NCBI GenBank assembly: GCA_965221695.1
Contig: OZ244905.1
Coordinates: forward strand, 1,600,001 to 1,664,000
Length of the DNA stretch: 64,000 bases
From: Gammaproteobacteria bacterium
GTDB taxonomy: Bacteria; Pseudomonadota; Gammaproteobacteria; Eutrophobiales; Eutrophobiaceae
Direction: 5' to 3'
Part shown: piece after piece, positions 1-10,550 of the stretch
Layout: each line of letters starts with the position of its first letter
How positions within the stretch are numbered: position 1 is the stretch's first letter
Translations under genes and position numbers: made by a program
Notes under the pieces: model-generated
What the model was told of the DNA's origin: nothing
Database searches by the model: none
What the model saw: the letters and a program-made list of their open reading frames with translations, nothing else

Positions 1-87
1 CTGAAAAACACCAGGTGAACTATAAAAAGCAACCGCATAGGCGCAAGCCAATGAGTTATGCCAAGCCGGCTTTCAATAATACAATGA

Positions 88-3084
88 TCAATTCCTCTTG
101 AAAATCCCTTTCAAACCTTCCTTCAAACCCTCTTTCAGCAACTCCTGCAACGGATCGATTTCGGCGTCTTCTTCCGGTTCCTGCCCGTTCTCCGGTTCTT
201 CAGAATCGCTTGCGCCGGGAAGCTTCAGGTCCAGCACATTGAGGACCCGATCCACGAGTAAGCCCCTGAGAATATCCTCCCAGGCCAGTCTTATTTTCGG
301 ATCGCCCAAAGCGCCTTCGATAATTAACGGCAACGCCAGGCCTTCCAGTTCGGCCAGTTCCCTGCCGCCCGCGCCTTTTGCGCTATTGACCACTGTCGCA
401 ATGGCTCGGTAATCGATACTATCGTCATGCAGGTTTGCCAACACGCCGCTGCCTTGCAGACGAAACGCCGGCGCCTTCAGCGCCAGGTCGTCCATGCGGA
501 CAATACCGTTTGTTGCTACGGGATTGCCGGAAAATTCAGCAAAATCAGTTGCCGCGCGCGCCTCCACATCTATAACCTGGCCTTTTTTGAACTGCTTCCA
601 TTGGCGTAATGCCCGGCCCAGGTTGAAACCGGTAACCGCGCCCTCAGTAAATTTCATGCTCATCTGTCCATTAAGACTGCGTTTCATAGCCTCGACGCTG
701 TTACCCTCAGCGGTCAGCGCCGCAGTGAAATCCCCTTTGCCGCGCAATCGCGCCGCGCCGGTCATGTCCGCGAGCAGAGGTTCAGCCTGGATGCCCTGCA
801 GGTTTGAATTGAACGTGAACACGGGAGGTTCGACGCCGGCATCCAGCCTGACATCGGCAGATAGCCGACCTTCATACAGGGATGTGGTCACCGGGTCTGC
901 CTGCAACACGCCGTCCCTGGTCTCCAAGCGCATCCTGAAATCAGCCAGGCGCGCCCCGGCCACTATCAATTGGCCTACACTCAGTTCACCGTCCACATCG
1001 GTAGCGGTCAGGGCGGCAACAGGCAACGCCGTGAGCGCGGTATCCTCGTTCTTGGCTGCTGCCGGACGGGCGATCGTTTCCGAATCTGGCGGCCGGTAAC
1101 GGTCCAGGTCGATTTGATCCAACGCCAGGTCGAACTGCATAACAGACCTGGTCTCAGCTTCGGTAATACTGAATTCACCGTTCAGGCGCGTGTCATCCAG
1201 TTGCAACACCATGTCTTCCAGACTCAGCCCGGTATCCGAGAGGTCGAAGCTGCCGGACCAGGACACCCGGGAAAACACTTCTTCATCTGCAGTAGCAGGA
1301 AGTTTCTGGCCCACGCGCTGCGCCAACTGCCGCAGGTTGAACGGCGCAGCCTGCAGCCGGCCGGCGGCAGTCGGTTTATCGAAAATACCGGTGAACTCCA
1401 CCTGGCCACTGGTCTCCAATCCCAGCCCCAGCAGGCTAAGGTCGTCCAACGACAGCGTCTCCTTTTCCAAGTCGATCCGGGTGTTCGCATTCAGCGTCAT
1501 GGCTGTCTCTGTTCCCGGGATATCTGCGCCGGCGAACATGGCCTTAACGGTCATGGGCTCCAAGGAAATGGCCGACCTTTTCCCCTGCGCCCGGGTATCG
1601 ATCTCCACCGATTGCAGCGTCTCGGCCAGGCCAGGCTGACCCAGCGCGTTGAGCAAGCCTGCCAGACGATTGCCCTTGACGTTCAAGTTGCCTTCCAGCG
1701 TCCCTTTCCTGGCGCCCATATCCCTGGCTTCCAGCGCGCCTGTCGCGCTGATGCCCAAGGCTTGCAGCGACAGGACCGGCACGGACATGTCCCCACTTTT
1801 CAGGTCCGCATCAAAAACGGTATTGACATGGAATGACTTGGTTGAGACGCTGGCAAGTTTTCTGCCGTAGGTGGCCAGCGCCGTATCCTGGCCGCCTTGC
1901 AGTTGGCCGAATACCTGCAACAGCGTGGGCAGGTCGGATCCGGTTGCGTTCAGTTCGCCCTGGTAACCGGCGGAGTCGGAATGAATGTCACGCGCTTTCA
2001 CAGCGCCGCTGATATCTGCGCCCGGCATGTTCGCGGACAGTTCCGACAGGTCAATATCTCCCCGCTCCAGGTCCGCATCAACCGAGGCGCTGATGCGGAA
2101 GCTGCGTTGTTCCATCCGGGCCAGTTGCGAAGCCAGCGGTTCCACTTCAAGGGCCTTGAATAACAGGCCCAGGTCCTGGCCGCGCGCGTCCAGTGTTGCG
2201 GCAATAACAGGCGCCGGCGCATCAATATCCTTAAGACTGATGTCGCCGGTAACCGTGGCATCCAGCATATTAAGGGTTAAACCGGACAGCGCTGCGGTTC
2301 CCTCGTCAAGATCAACGTCAACCAGCGCGGACAATGCCGCCGAGGTCGCCCCGCCGGGGATCTGTTTGCTCCTGAGCGTTGCGTCAGCGTTAAGTGGCGC
2401 CAGCGTAAATTGCCGCCCGTCCGTGGCATAGTTAATGGCGCTGGTCAGGGCAACCGTGGCGTCCAGCGCCGGCTTCTCACTAGCGCCATGAAAGCTCAAG
2501 CTGATGGCAACGGGTTCGCCGTACACCAGTTCTTCAATGGATGCGTCAATGTTAGAGAACTCGTAGCGCACTGATGCCTGGCGGTCGTCCAGGGTTACCC
2601 TGGCATCCTCGATAGCAACGCCGCCGAGGGCCAGCGCAGCCAGGGACAGTAACGGCTCGTCGTCCTTTTCAGCCGTGCCGTCGAACCTGTCCCAGTTGGC
2701 ATCGCCTTGTTCATTGCGAACCAGGTTGAGGACCGCTCCTTGCACGACAACCGTATCCACTTCGTATGCTTCCCGCAACAGGGGGAGTGTTTTGACCCGT
2801 AGCTTGAGATAATCCAGGGACGCGAACGGGCCGGCGCCAAACGCTTCGGTGTCGGCGATGGCGACATCGGTGGCTTCCACGCCCAGCCAGGGATAGAAGG
2901 TGTAGGCAATGGCGCCGTTCAGGGAGAGTTCACGACCTGTTTGCTTATAAAACCTGGCCTCAATCCAGCCCTTGTGCTCATTCGGATCAATGGTCGATAT
3001 GTAGACCAGAACAGCAACCAGCGCCACCAAGCCAAGGCCGGCCAGCCAGCACAACAATTTGACCAGTTTTTTCAGCATACCCAT
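88..3084 (-). CDS. AsmA family protein (long, bridge-like lipid-transport type)
   Basis: N-terminal TM anchor followed by IDPNEHKGWIEARFYKQTGRELSLNG...FYPWLGVE, typical of the AsmA N-terminus; AsmA-like C-terminus (LYEG...GIQAEPLL...G.L.G.NL). Start placed at ATG 3084. Confidence 0.85.
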   Translation of the reverse strand: MGMLKKLVKLLCWLAGLGLVALVAVLVYISTIDPNEHKGWIEARFYKQTGRELSLNGAIAYTFYPWLGVEATDVAIADTEAFGAGPFASLDYLKLRVKTLPLLREAYEVDTVVVQGAVLNLVRNEQGDANWDRFDGTAEKDDEPLLSLAALALGGVAIEDARVTLDDRQASVRYEFSNIDASIEELVYGEPVAISLSFHGASEKPALDATVALTSAINYATDGRQFTLAPLNADATLRSKQIPGGATSAALSALVDVDLDEGTAALSGLTLNMLDATVTGDISLKDIDAPAPVIAATLDARGQDLGLLFKALEVEPLASQLARMEQRSFRISASVDADLERGDIDLSELSANMPGADISGAVKARDIHSDSAGYQGELNATGSDLPTLLQVFGQLQGGQDTALATYGRKLASVSTKSFHVNTVFDADLKSGDMSVPVLSLQALGISATGALEARDMGARKGTLEGNLNVKGNRLAGLLNALGQPGLAETLQSVEIDTRAQGKRSAISLEPMTVKAMFAGADIPGTETAMTLNANTRIDLEKETLSLDDLSLLGLGLETSGQVEFTGIFDKPTAAGRLQAAPFNLRQLAQRVGQKLPATADEEVFSRVSWSGSFDLSDTGLSLEDMVLQLDDTRLNGEFSITEAETRSVMQFDLALDQIDLDRYRPPDSETIARPAAAKNEDTALTALPVAALTATDVDGELSVGQLIVAGARLADFRMRLETRDGVLQADPVTTSLYEGRLSADVRLDAGVEPPVFTFNSNLQGIQAEPLLADMTGAARLRGKGDFTAALTAEGNSVEAMKRSLNGQMSMKFTEGAVTGFNLGRALRQWKQFKKGQVIDVEARAATDFAEFSGNPVATNGIVRMDDLALKAPAFRLQGSGVLANLHDDSIDYRAIATVVNSAKGAGGRELAELEGLALPLIIEGALGDPKIRLAWEDILRGLLVDRVLNVLDLKLPGASDSEEPENGQEPEEDAEIDPLQELLKEGLKEGLKGIFKRN

Positions 3085-3207
3085 GAATGGTAACGCGAAC
3101 ACATTGTATTAAATTGTATTGTCATGATTTGCTGTGTAACTATTACTAACTGACCTGTGCCAACAGTAACATGCCATCGAGGTGTTTAGCGCTCTGGTCA
3201 TGAGAGT

Positions 3208-4629
3208 TTAACCTGCGAGTTCCAACACGATGTCTATACTCTCAAGGTGGCGACGCGCGCCGGCAATTGCCGCGCGTACCCTGGCAGGGGCAGTCCCACC
3301 CGTATGATCCCGGGCGGCGATGGCGCCTTGCAACGTCAGGCAACGGTATACGTCTTCCTGAATCCCCTCGTGGAATTGCTGTAACTCCGCCAGTTCCAGT
3401 TGTTCCAGCTCGCGGCCTTGTTGAATGGCATACTGTACGACCTTACCGACAATGGCATGAGCGTCCCGGAATGCCACGCCCTGCATGACCAGGTAATCCG
3501 CCAGGTCGGTGGCCGTCAGGTAGCCTTTCTGCGATGCTGTGAACATATTGTCCCGTTTTACCTGTATGGAGGGAAGCAGCTTCAGGTACGCCTCAAGACA
3601 CTGCTTCAGCGTGTCTACTGCGTCGAACAAGCGCTCCTTGTCCTCCTGGTTGTCGCGATTGTAAGCCAGCGGCTGGCCCTTCATCAAGGTCAGCATGGCC
3701 ATCAGGTCGCCATAAACCCGGCCGGTTTTGCCGCGCACCAACTCCGCCACATCCGGGTTTTTCTTCTGTGGCATGATCGATGAGCCGGTGCAGAACGCAT
3801 CGTCTATATCGATGAAGTCGAAAGCCGGCGACATCCACAGTACCAGTTCCTCGGAAAACCGGGACAAGTGCAACATGACCAGCGCCGCGTTGGCGCAGAA
3901 CTCGACGGCAAAGTCGCGGTCGCTGACTGCATCCAGCGAATTTCCCGCTAGCGCGTCAAATTCCAGCAACTTGGCAGTCACAGATCTATCGATGGGAAAG
4001 CTCGTTCCGGCCAGCGCCGCCGCGCCCAGGGGCAACACGTTAATCCGGGCCAGGCAATCCTGCAAACGTTGGCGGTCGCGCTCCACCATTTCATACCAGG
4101 CGAGCATATGGTGGCCGAACGTAACGGGTTGCGCTCCCTGCAGGTGGGTGTAACCTGGCATGATGGTCTCGGCTTCCTGTTCCGCCAGTGTCACCAGCGC
4201 CTGCATGTTCTGCACGAGCAACGAGTTAATGGCAGCCACCTCGGCGCGCAAGTACAGGCGCAGGTCGGTCGCGACCTGGTCGTTACGGGAACGGCCGGTA
4301 TGCATTTTTTTACCGACTTCGCCGACCCGCTCCACCAGCGCCGCTTCGATATTCATGTGCACATCTTCCAGTTCCCGTTTCCAGGCGAACTCGCCCGCCA
4401 CAATCTCGGCGAGGATGGCGTTCAGTCCGCTACAGATATGCGCGGCGTCATCTTCTGTCAATACGCCAACGCGCGCCAGCATCTCCACATGGGCGATCGA
4501 ACCCTGGATATCATACGGGGCCAAACGCCGGTCGAAAGACACGGATTCGGTGAACTGTTCCACGAATTGATCCGTGGACTCGGTAAAGCGACCGCCCCAG
4601 GGTTTGACTGTGTCTTTTTTGGCTGCCAT
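3208..4629 (-). CDS. argH: argininosuccinate lyase
   Basis: WGGRF N-terminus, [21 protein letters not shown] signature. Confidence 0.98.
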   Translation of the reverse strand: MAAKKDTVKPWGGRFTESTDQFVEQFTESVSFDRRLAPYDIQGSIAHVEMLARVGVLTEDDAAHICSGLNAILAEIVAGEFAWKRELEDVHMNIEAALVERVGEVGKKMHTGRSRNDQVATDLRLYLRAEVAAINSLLVQNMQALVTLAEQEAETIMPGYTHLQGAQPVTFGHHMLAWYEMVERDRQRLQDCLARINVLPLGAAALAGTSFPIDRSVTAKLLEFDALAGNSLDAVSDRDFAVEFCANAALVMLHLSRFSEELVLWMSPAFDFIDIDDAFCTGSSIMPQKKNPDVAELVRGKTGRVYGDLMAMLTLMKGQPLAYNRDNQEDKERLFDAVDTLKQCLEAYLKLLPSIQVKRDNMFTASQKGYLTATDLADYLVMQGVAFRDAHAIVGKVVQYAIQQGRELEQLELAELQQFHEGIQEDVYRCLTLQGAIAARDHTGGTAPARVRAAIAGARRHLESIDIVLELAG

Positions 4630-4790
4630 CGGCTGGAATAAGATTATTTTTTACTGGTGACAGTATAACGCAGGCACGCCAAAAGGCGCGAAATCAGAGT
4701 AAAATATGTGTTTTTCCGCGCTAAATTGATCAATTTACTCTAATCCTGATCTCTCACCATGCCGCATGGGCTGAGAAATCCGGGCTAACC

Positions 4791-5786
4791 TCATATCTCC
4801 CAGGTATCCTCAGCCGCGTTGTAGAGATAACAGGTTGTTAACTTCCCCGCCTCCACGGCGCAAACCTCCGACAGACGTCTGACTCCAGCGCCATCCAGGT
4901 AGTCCATGTGCAGGACCATATGCAGGTTGTGCAGGTACTCGGCCTCGATTGTCTTGAACGGCAGGGTCGAGCGGCCCATGGTCAGGCTGACCAGACGCGT
5001 CAGCGCCGCCCTCGCGTTATTGGCATGCAACGTGGTACAGACGCCGCGATGGCCCGTGTTCAGCGCCTGAAAAAACACTTCGGCAGCGTCCGGTTCCCTG
5101 ATCTCGCCAACGATGATACGGTCCGGTCTCTGGCGCAGGGAAGCCGCCAGCAGGGTTGCCAGGGTAAGCGCCGGCGTATCCTCTGAATCATGTTGTTGCG
5201 CCTCCATTTGTATCACGTTAGGAGCATTGAGGCTGATCTCAGCCACATCCTCACAGACCACGATCCGCTCGCCTCGCGGAATTGCATGGGACAGCGCATT
5301 GAGCAACGTGGTCTTGCCGCTGTTGGTGGCGCCGGAAACAAGCAGGTTGTCGCCGCGTTCCACGGCAGCCAGTAACAGTTCCTTGATGGCGGCGTTGATG
5401 GTATGGCTTGCTTCCAGGCGCTCCAGGTCCAGGTCACGCCGCCGGTGCAGGCGAATCGACAAGGTACAACCGGAAGGCGTCGCGGTGGGCAATGTCGCGC
5501 AGACCCGGCTGCCATCCGGCAGTCGGGCATTGATGATCGGCGTCTTCACCGGATCGAAAAACTGCGTCAGCGCGTTCGCGATCTGCTCGATCAATGTGGC
5601 GACTGAGACATCATCCGGAAAAGCCAGGTCAGTCCGGTACATGCCCCGCTCCATGTCATCCGCCCAGATATCATCGTAGCGGTTGACCATGATATTCGTC
5701 ACCCGGTCATCATCCAACAGGGACTGGATAGGGGAAAGGTAGAACCTGACCAACTCCCAGTCGGCGCTGGTCAATGCGGCAAGCAT
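4791..5786 (-). CDS. VirB11/TrbB/CpaF family secretion ATPase
   Basis: ARLPDGSRV, Walker A GATNSGKT, LRQRPDRIIVGEIR, His boxes NTGH/TTLHAN; the 331-aa length fits VirB11/TrbB. Confidence 0.9.
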   Translation of the reverse strand: MLAALTSADWELVRFYLSPIQSLLDDDRVTNIMVNRYDDIWADDMERGMYRTDLAFPDDVSVATLIEQIANALTQFFDPVKTPIINARLPDGSRVCATLPTATPSGCTLSIRLHRRRDLDLERLEASHTINAAIKELLLAAVERGDNLLVSGATNSGKTTLLNALSHAIPRGERIVVCEDVAEISLNAPNVIQMEAQQHDSEDTPALTLATLLAASLRQRPDRIIVGEIREPDAAEVFFQALNTGHRGVCTTLHANNARAALTRLVSLTMGRSTLPFKTIEAEYLHNLHMVLHMDYLDGAGVRRLSEVCAVEAGKLTTCYLYNAAEDTWEI

Positions 5787-5935
5787 AATGATCCTTGATT
5801 CATTTCCGTAACGTTTCCTGACAATTTCCGCGTTATGGTCTACGGGAAGGGTCGTTTCAGTGATTGTAACTCATGAAACCCTTCCAGCGAAATCAAAAAA
5901 TCAAAAGAATGCAGGGGAACCATTTGTTTAATTGT

Positions 5936-5965
5936 ATTCCCGCTTTTGCGGGAATGGGATGGGGA
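5936..5965. repeat. REP-like palindrome, family B (partial copy)
   Basis: attcccgcttttgcgggaatgggatgggga matches part of the 125-bp unit at 56483-56925. Confidence 0.75.
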
Positions 5966-6116
5966 ACTGGTTGGTTCACGGCACATTAACAGCAGCAAAT
6001 TGACAGGATGACCAGTGGATTTACTTCTGCTAGAATCCTGGCATTGAGGAAATAACTGGAGGAAGCCGGCGGGCGGAATGCCGGCTTGCAGGAATTTGGA
6101 TAATCTACTTACCCGC

Positions 6117-7751
6117 ATGGCAAGCTGGAGCGACCCCTGGTTCTGGGTGTGCGTCGCCGCGGTCATCTATATCAATGCTGTCGTCGGTTTTTTCCCCCTG
6201 TCTTCGGTGCGGGAGTTAACGCCCGTAGAGCGCCTGCTTATGCACATCCGGCGGGTATTATTGCTGTTGTTTCTGCTGTTGTTACCGGGTTTTCCTCTGT
6301 GCCTGTGGTTTCTGGCAGCGAATGTTACCGGCGACATCGTGGCTGCCAACAATATTGTTCATATTGTTGTCATCAGCCAGGCTGACAGGATGTGGGGGTT
6401 GCTGGCCAGTTTGCTGCTTGCGGGTCTGTTGAGCAGAATCATCTTCCTGCGCTACCTGTACCCGCGCTTTTCGTCGTGGTTCATTTTCAGGCGGGTCTCC
6501 CAACGCGGCGACCAGGTTTCCGATATTCGCACCGAGGTCGGCCGATTCCGGAATAAACCGTTCCGGCCCGAAAAGTATTACCGGGCCGGAATGATATTTA
6601 TCGGGCTGCGTGAGGACAAGACACCCATGCACATCCCTGTGCGGGAGTGGAAGACCTGGAACCAGCGCATGGTTGGCGCTACCCAGACCGGCAAAGGCGT
6701 CCTGTTCGGGGTGCAACTTGACCAGTCCGTGCGCCAGGGCTTTTGCACGGTATTTTTTGACCTCAAGCCGGACGAGCACGCGCTGGGCATCCTGCGCAAA
6801 GCCTGCGAGCAAGCCGGCAGGCGCCTGGTAACCGTGGATTTCAATGGCGAACTGCCGGGGAAGTGGTCGCCGTTCAGGACCGGCACCGAGCGGGAGATAA
6901 AAACCCGGCTGATGCAAGCCTACAACCTGGTTGAACGGGGCGACACTGCGGATTTCTACAAGATCGGTGAGCGGGAATTCCTGGAATCAATCTTTCACAA
7001 GTGGAGTAAGGAACTGATCGACCTGCCGAAGCTGCTCAGAAGCGCGGCCAAACCCCCGCCTACCATCACCAACCTGACCCGGGAGATGCTGGCGTTATCC
7101 GCGCTGAAACCCGGACGCGGCAAGGGAGTGGATATCGAACGTGTATTACGCGAGAACGCGGCGCTTTACGTGCGTTCATCAGCAACCGACCCGGTGGTGA
7201 AACGCGCCACCCAGGTATTCCTGTTATGCCTGTTGCAGGCGGCGACGCGCATGTACCGGCGCCGCGAACGTTCAAGCCACCTGTTTATTGGCGTGGACGA
7301 GGTCAAGTTTCTCGCCACCGACATCCTCGGAGACATGCTGGCGACCATCACCGGATTTGATTGCCACCTGGCCATCGCCTACCAGAGCCTGGGAGACCTG
7401 AAATCCGTGAACCCGCGCCTGGTCAATGTGGAAGCGCTGGAGTTCAGCGTCGAGAATAACTGCAAGATGTCCCTGTACTACCAGCCCAATGACTTTGAAA
7501 CCGCCGACTACGCGGCCCGGCAAAGCGGCACAAAACAGGCCAGCCGTTACCGCATGAACGTGGACATCAACAAGGCCGGCGGCGAAACCTACGCCGACAG
7601 AAACCTGATTACCCAGGAAGATGTTTACTACATACACCCCAACACGCTGATGATGCTCCCCTCCCGGGTAGCCATGGCAAAGATGCCGGGCCGGCTGGCG
7701 GAGCTCGTTCACACCTACTGGGTGGCCGTTGAACCTGCCTACCTCGATTAA
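6117..7751 (+). CDS. type IV coupling protein (VirD4/TrwB/MobB-like)
   Basis: Three N-terminal TM segments, Walker A VGATQTGKG, FFDLKPD, Walker B IGVDEVKF, AYQSLGDL, TADYAARQSG; start placed at ATG 6117. Confidence 0.85.
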   Translation: MASWSDPWFWVCVAAVIYINAVVGFFPLSSVRELTPVERLLMHIRRVLLLLFLLLLPGFPLCLWFLAANVTGDIVAANNIVHIVVISQADRMWGLLASLLLAGLLSRIIFLRYLYPRFSSWFIFRRVSQRGDQVSDIRTEVGRFRNKPFRPEKYYRAGMIFIGLREDKTPMHIPVREWKTWNQRMVGATQTGKGVLFGVQLDQSVRQGFCTVFFDLKPDEHALGILRKACEQAGRRLVTVDFNGELPGKWSPFRTGTEREIKTRLMQAYNLVERGDTADFYKIGEREFLESIFHKWSKELIDLPKLLRSAAKPPPTITNLTREMLALSALKPGRGKGVDIERVLRENAALYVRSSATDPVVKRATQVFLLCLLQAATRMYRRRERSSHLFIGVDEVKFLATDILGDMLATITGFDCHLAIAYQSLGDLKSVNPRLVNVEALEFSVENNCKMSLYYQPNDFETADYAARQSGTKQASRYRMNVDINKAGGETYADRNLITQEDVYYIHPNTLMMLPSRVAMAKMPGRLAELVHTYWVAVEPAYLD

Positions 7752-7850
7752 AAAAATTGTACGCCCCTATTGCTTGGTACGGTTGCCAGAGGCCAAAGCA
7801 CTCCCCAGTACCACTCCCTCCTCCGCTCAACACCTATAGGGGAACAGGTT

Positions 7851-8162
7851 TCACGGGATGGGCACATCTTCCCGCTTGCGCGGCGCGCCTTTTGCCACCG
7901 TCCTTGCCAGTTCCGGCGAAGCCGTTGGGCATTTATTCAAGAACCTAAGCCGCGCCGCAAATGTCGCCGGCCAGGTAAATTTTTTGATCGCGAAATAGTG
8001 GGACAGCGCCGGGTTGCATGCGGCCGGGCGCGCCGGGGACGACAAGCACAACAGAGCTTCGCAGGACAGGCGGGTGACGCCCGTCAACAGTTCGGCGCTT
8101 GAAGCCGACTGTCCGTGGGCAAGGGTCAACAGCAATAACAGCTTAAAACAGATCCGTTTCAT
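7851..8162 (-). CDS. TrbM/KikA family conjugal transfer protein
   Basis: Signal peptide followed by LTGVTRLSCEALLCLSS...CNPALSHYF.I...ARLRFLNKCP, the four-Cys TrbM/KikA pattern. Confidence 0.85.
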   Translation of the reverse strand: MKRICFKLLLLLTLAHGQSASSAELLTGVTRLSCEALLCLSSPARPAACNPALSHYFAIKKFTWPATFAARLRFLNKCPTASPELARTVAKGAPRKREDVPIP

Positions 8163-8295
8163 TTCCGGTTCTCCTACAAGTCAGACTCCCACTATACAGG
8201 GATGAATCGCTCCTGATAAGTCCTTACAGCTTAAAACCCTTATGATCAGTACGCGCACAAACATGTAGCTATTGGCACAGGCCGGGGCATTCCCC

Positions 8296-8355
8296 CGTAC
8301 CACTCCCGCGGAAGCGGGAGTCCAGTCGATTACTATGTCGCCCGCAGGGCGACCC
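8296..8355. repeat. REP-like palindrome, family B
   Basis: cgtaccactcccgcggaagcgggagtccagtc...gtcgcccgcagggcgac; same as the units at 56483-56925. Confidence 0.85.
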
Positions 8356-8363
8356 ATTCACAT

Positions 8364-8392
8364 AAAAAAAGGCGATCCAAGGATCGCCTTTT
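8364..8392 (-). terminator. intrinsic terminator, possibly bidirectional
   Basis: A7-ggcgatcc-aa-ggatcgcc-tttt; perfect stem just after the stop of ORF 8400..8771(-). Confidence 0.8.
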
Positions 8393-8399
8393 CCGCCGG

Positions 8400-8771
8400 T
8401 CAGCTCCAACCTGCTGCAAGCGCGAAGGGCATGTCGCGTTGCTGTTGGACGCTGCGAAGGTGACGCACCGGTTCCAAAAATGCCAGGCAGACTGTTATTT
8501 TCTCAAAACTGTCGAAATTATTGACCGCTTCGTGGTAGTCAATAACGACAGAAGAGTAATAACCTTCTTCGACATCCTCGATACGGATCTCGGCAACGTA
8601 GAAGGAAGCGCCAAAGCCTGTGACCTCGAAGGTCAGGCCCCGGTACTTGTCGTTAACCAGGTCGCCACGGTTGACTTCGCCGTCCCTGACTATCGTATAC
8701 CAGCCATCTTCATTTTTCTCTGCTCTGGGAGCAGAGTTAATACCAGCAATGAGTTGATAATCTACGCTCAT
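8400..8771 (-). CDS. hypothetical protein
   Basis: ATG 8771 preceded by a GAGGT RBS and followed by a terminator; no recognised motif. Confidence 0.6.
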   Translation of the reverse strand: MSVDYQLIAGINSAPRAEKNEDGWYTIVRDGEVNRGDLVNDKYRGLTFEVTGFGASFYVAEIRIEDVEEGYYSSVVIDYHEAVNNFDSFEKITVCLAFLEPVRHLRSVQQQRDMPFALAAGWS

Positions 8772-8917
8772 GATCGCTACCTCAAGAGTGGGTTTCAAGG
8801 GTAGACGACTCGCAATTATCCGGGGGACCCGGATAAATCCGGGTCGCCCGTTTACTCATAAGAAAGTATAGCCGATCAGGCTAGACAGTCCAAGCGTTCC
8901 TGATATATTGTCATGCC

Positions 8918-10408
8918 ATGAAACAGGCACAATTGAAACAATTCGGAGAACTGCCGGGCGCCGCCCGGTTCGATGACCTCGATCACTGGATCATCGCGGT
9001 CAATGACACTGGAACAAAGAAACGCTGGCCGCCGTTTCCCTATCGTGACATCCTGCAAAAGCGCGTTGAGCGGCTGCGGCAGAACGGCGACGACGACCCG
9101 CCACCGCTGTTGACCGATCTGCCTAATGAAGCAGCGGGACGCATCGCCCTGTCCACCATCAAACCCGACCTTTCCGCGTTCGAATTGCTTTCCCTGGCGC
9201 GCAAGCTGGCGCAGGGCCACCGTGACTACCGGGCGCAGGAACTCGGCATCGCGGTCATCGGCTTTTCCGGAAAAAAGGCGGCACAGGTAGCGGAGGCCTT
9301 GCTGGCTGCGGTCCTGGCGGCCGATGCGAACATGCCCGACTTTCGCAAAAAGAGTCAAGACCGTGCCAGGCTCGAATGGGTTCACCTGTACGGCGTGCCT
9401 GAAAAATACGGGTTTGCCCGCACCTTTGCAGAAGACGAAGGCAACGCGCTGGCGCGTTACCTGACCGCCCTGCCCCAGAATGAACTGACCCCGGGGCTGT
9501 ACCGCAAACGCATCGCCGACTTAGCCAAAGAGTCCGGCTGGAAAAGCCAGTTCTTCAGCATTGCCCAACTGAAGAAAAAAAAGGCCGGCGCATTCCTGGC
9601 CGTGGCCCAGGGCAGTCCGCAACAGGACGGTGGCATCCTGCGCCTGCGCTATACGCCCGAAACACCGGAAACCGGCAATATGCTGGCGCTGGTTGGCAAG
9701 GGCATCTGTTTCGATACCGGCGGCGTCAATCTCAAACCGCATAACTTCATGATGGGCATGCACGAAGACATGGAAGGCAGCGCAGTGGCGCTGGGTACGC
9801 TGACGGCCCTGACCCGGCTCAAGGCGCCGTTCCCCGTTGAATGCTGGTTGGCGATCTGCACCAATCACATCGGCCCTGATGCCTACAATCCCGGCGACAT
9901 CGTAACCGCCATTGACGGCGCCACGATAGAGATCGTCCACACCGACGCCGAAGGCAGGATGGTACTGGCAGACACCCTGGCGCTGGCTTCGCGCAACAAA
10001 CCGAAACTGATCATCGATTACGCCACCCTGACGGGCGCCTGTGTCTACGCCATCGGCAAGGCCTACAGCGGTGTCTTTTCCAACAACGCCAACCTTCTAC
10101 CGCTCATGGTCAAAGCGGGAGTAGAGAGTGGCGAACGGGTCTGGCCGTTTCCGATGGACAAAGACTACGATCAGGCGCTGGAGAGCAAGTTTGCGGACAT
10201 CAAGCAATGCAGCAGCGATCCCGGCGTGGACCACATCCTCGGGGCACGTTTCCTGCAACGATTCGTCAAACATGACTGCCCGTGGATACATGTTGACCTC
10301 TCCGCCGGCAACAACAAGGGCGGCCTGGCCCACATACCCACCGATACCACGGGCTTCGGGGTCCGCTTTACGCTGAACCTTTTATTGGACCAGAAAATAA
10401 TCGGATGA
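8918..10408 (+). CDS. M17 family leucyl aminopeptidase
   Basis: VGKGICFDTGG, DMEG, HTDAEGR, ATLTGA motifs. Confidence 0.93.
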   Translation: MKQAQLKQFGELPGAARFDDLDHWIIAVNDTGTKKRWPPFPYRDILQKRVERLRQNGDDDPPPLLTDLPNEAAGRIALSTIKPDLSAFELLSLARKLAQGHRDYRAQELGIAVIGFSGKKAAQVAEALLAAVLAADANMPDFRKKSQDRARLEWVHLYGVPEKYGFARTFAEDEGNALARYLTALPQNELTPGLYRKRIADLAKESGWKSQFFSIAQLKKKKAGAFLAVAQGSPQQDGGILRLRYTPETPETGNMLALVGKGICFDTGGVNLKPHNFMMGMHEDMEGSAVALGTLTALTRLKAPFPVECWLAICTNHIGPDAYNPGDIVTAIDGATIEIVHTDAEGRMVLADTLALASRNKPKLIIDYATLTGACVYAIGKAYSGVFSNNANLLPLMVKAGVESGERVWPFPMDKDYDQALESKFADIKQCSSDPGVDHILGARFLQRFVKHDCPWIHVDLSAGNNKGGLAHIPTDTTGFGVRFTLNLLLDQKIIG

Positions 10409-10489
10409 TAGAGACACATAAGGCGCGTTCGTGCCCTGACATGACTTCCCGTTACGAAACCGTTTATGGATATTGAAAACATCATTGCT

Positions 10490-10520
10490 CACTGGATTCC
10501 CGTTTTCACGGGAATGGTAC
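10490..10520. repeat. REP-like palindrome, family B (partial copy)
   Basis: cactggattcccgttttcacgggaatgg is identical to part of the 125-bp unit. Confidence 0.8.
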
Positions 10521-10550
10521 CGGGCATAGGGAACACATCGGGAGATATCT

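Noticed and set aside
4751-4790. TPP riboswitch (GGGCTGAGA)
   Set aside because: The remaining TPP core (CCTGAT...AGGGA) is absent and there is no thiamine gene; more likely a simple hairpin after the ATPase gene
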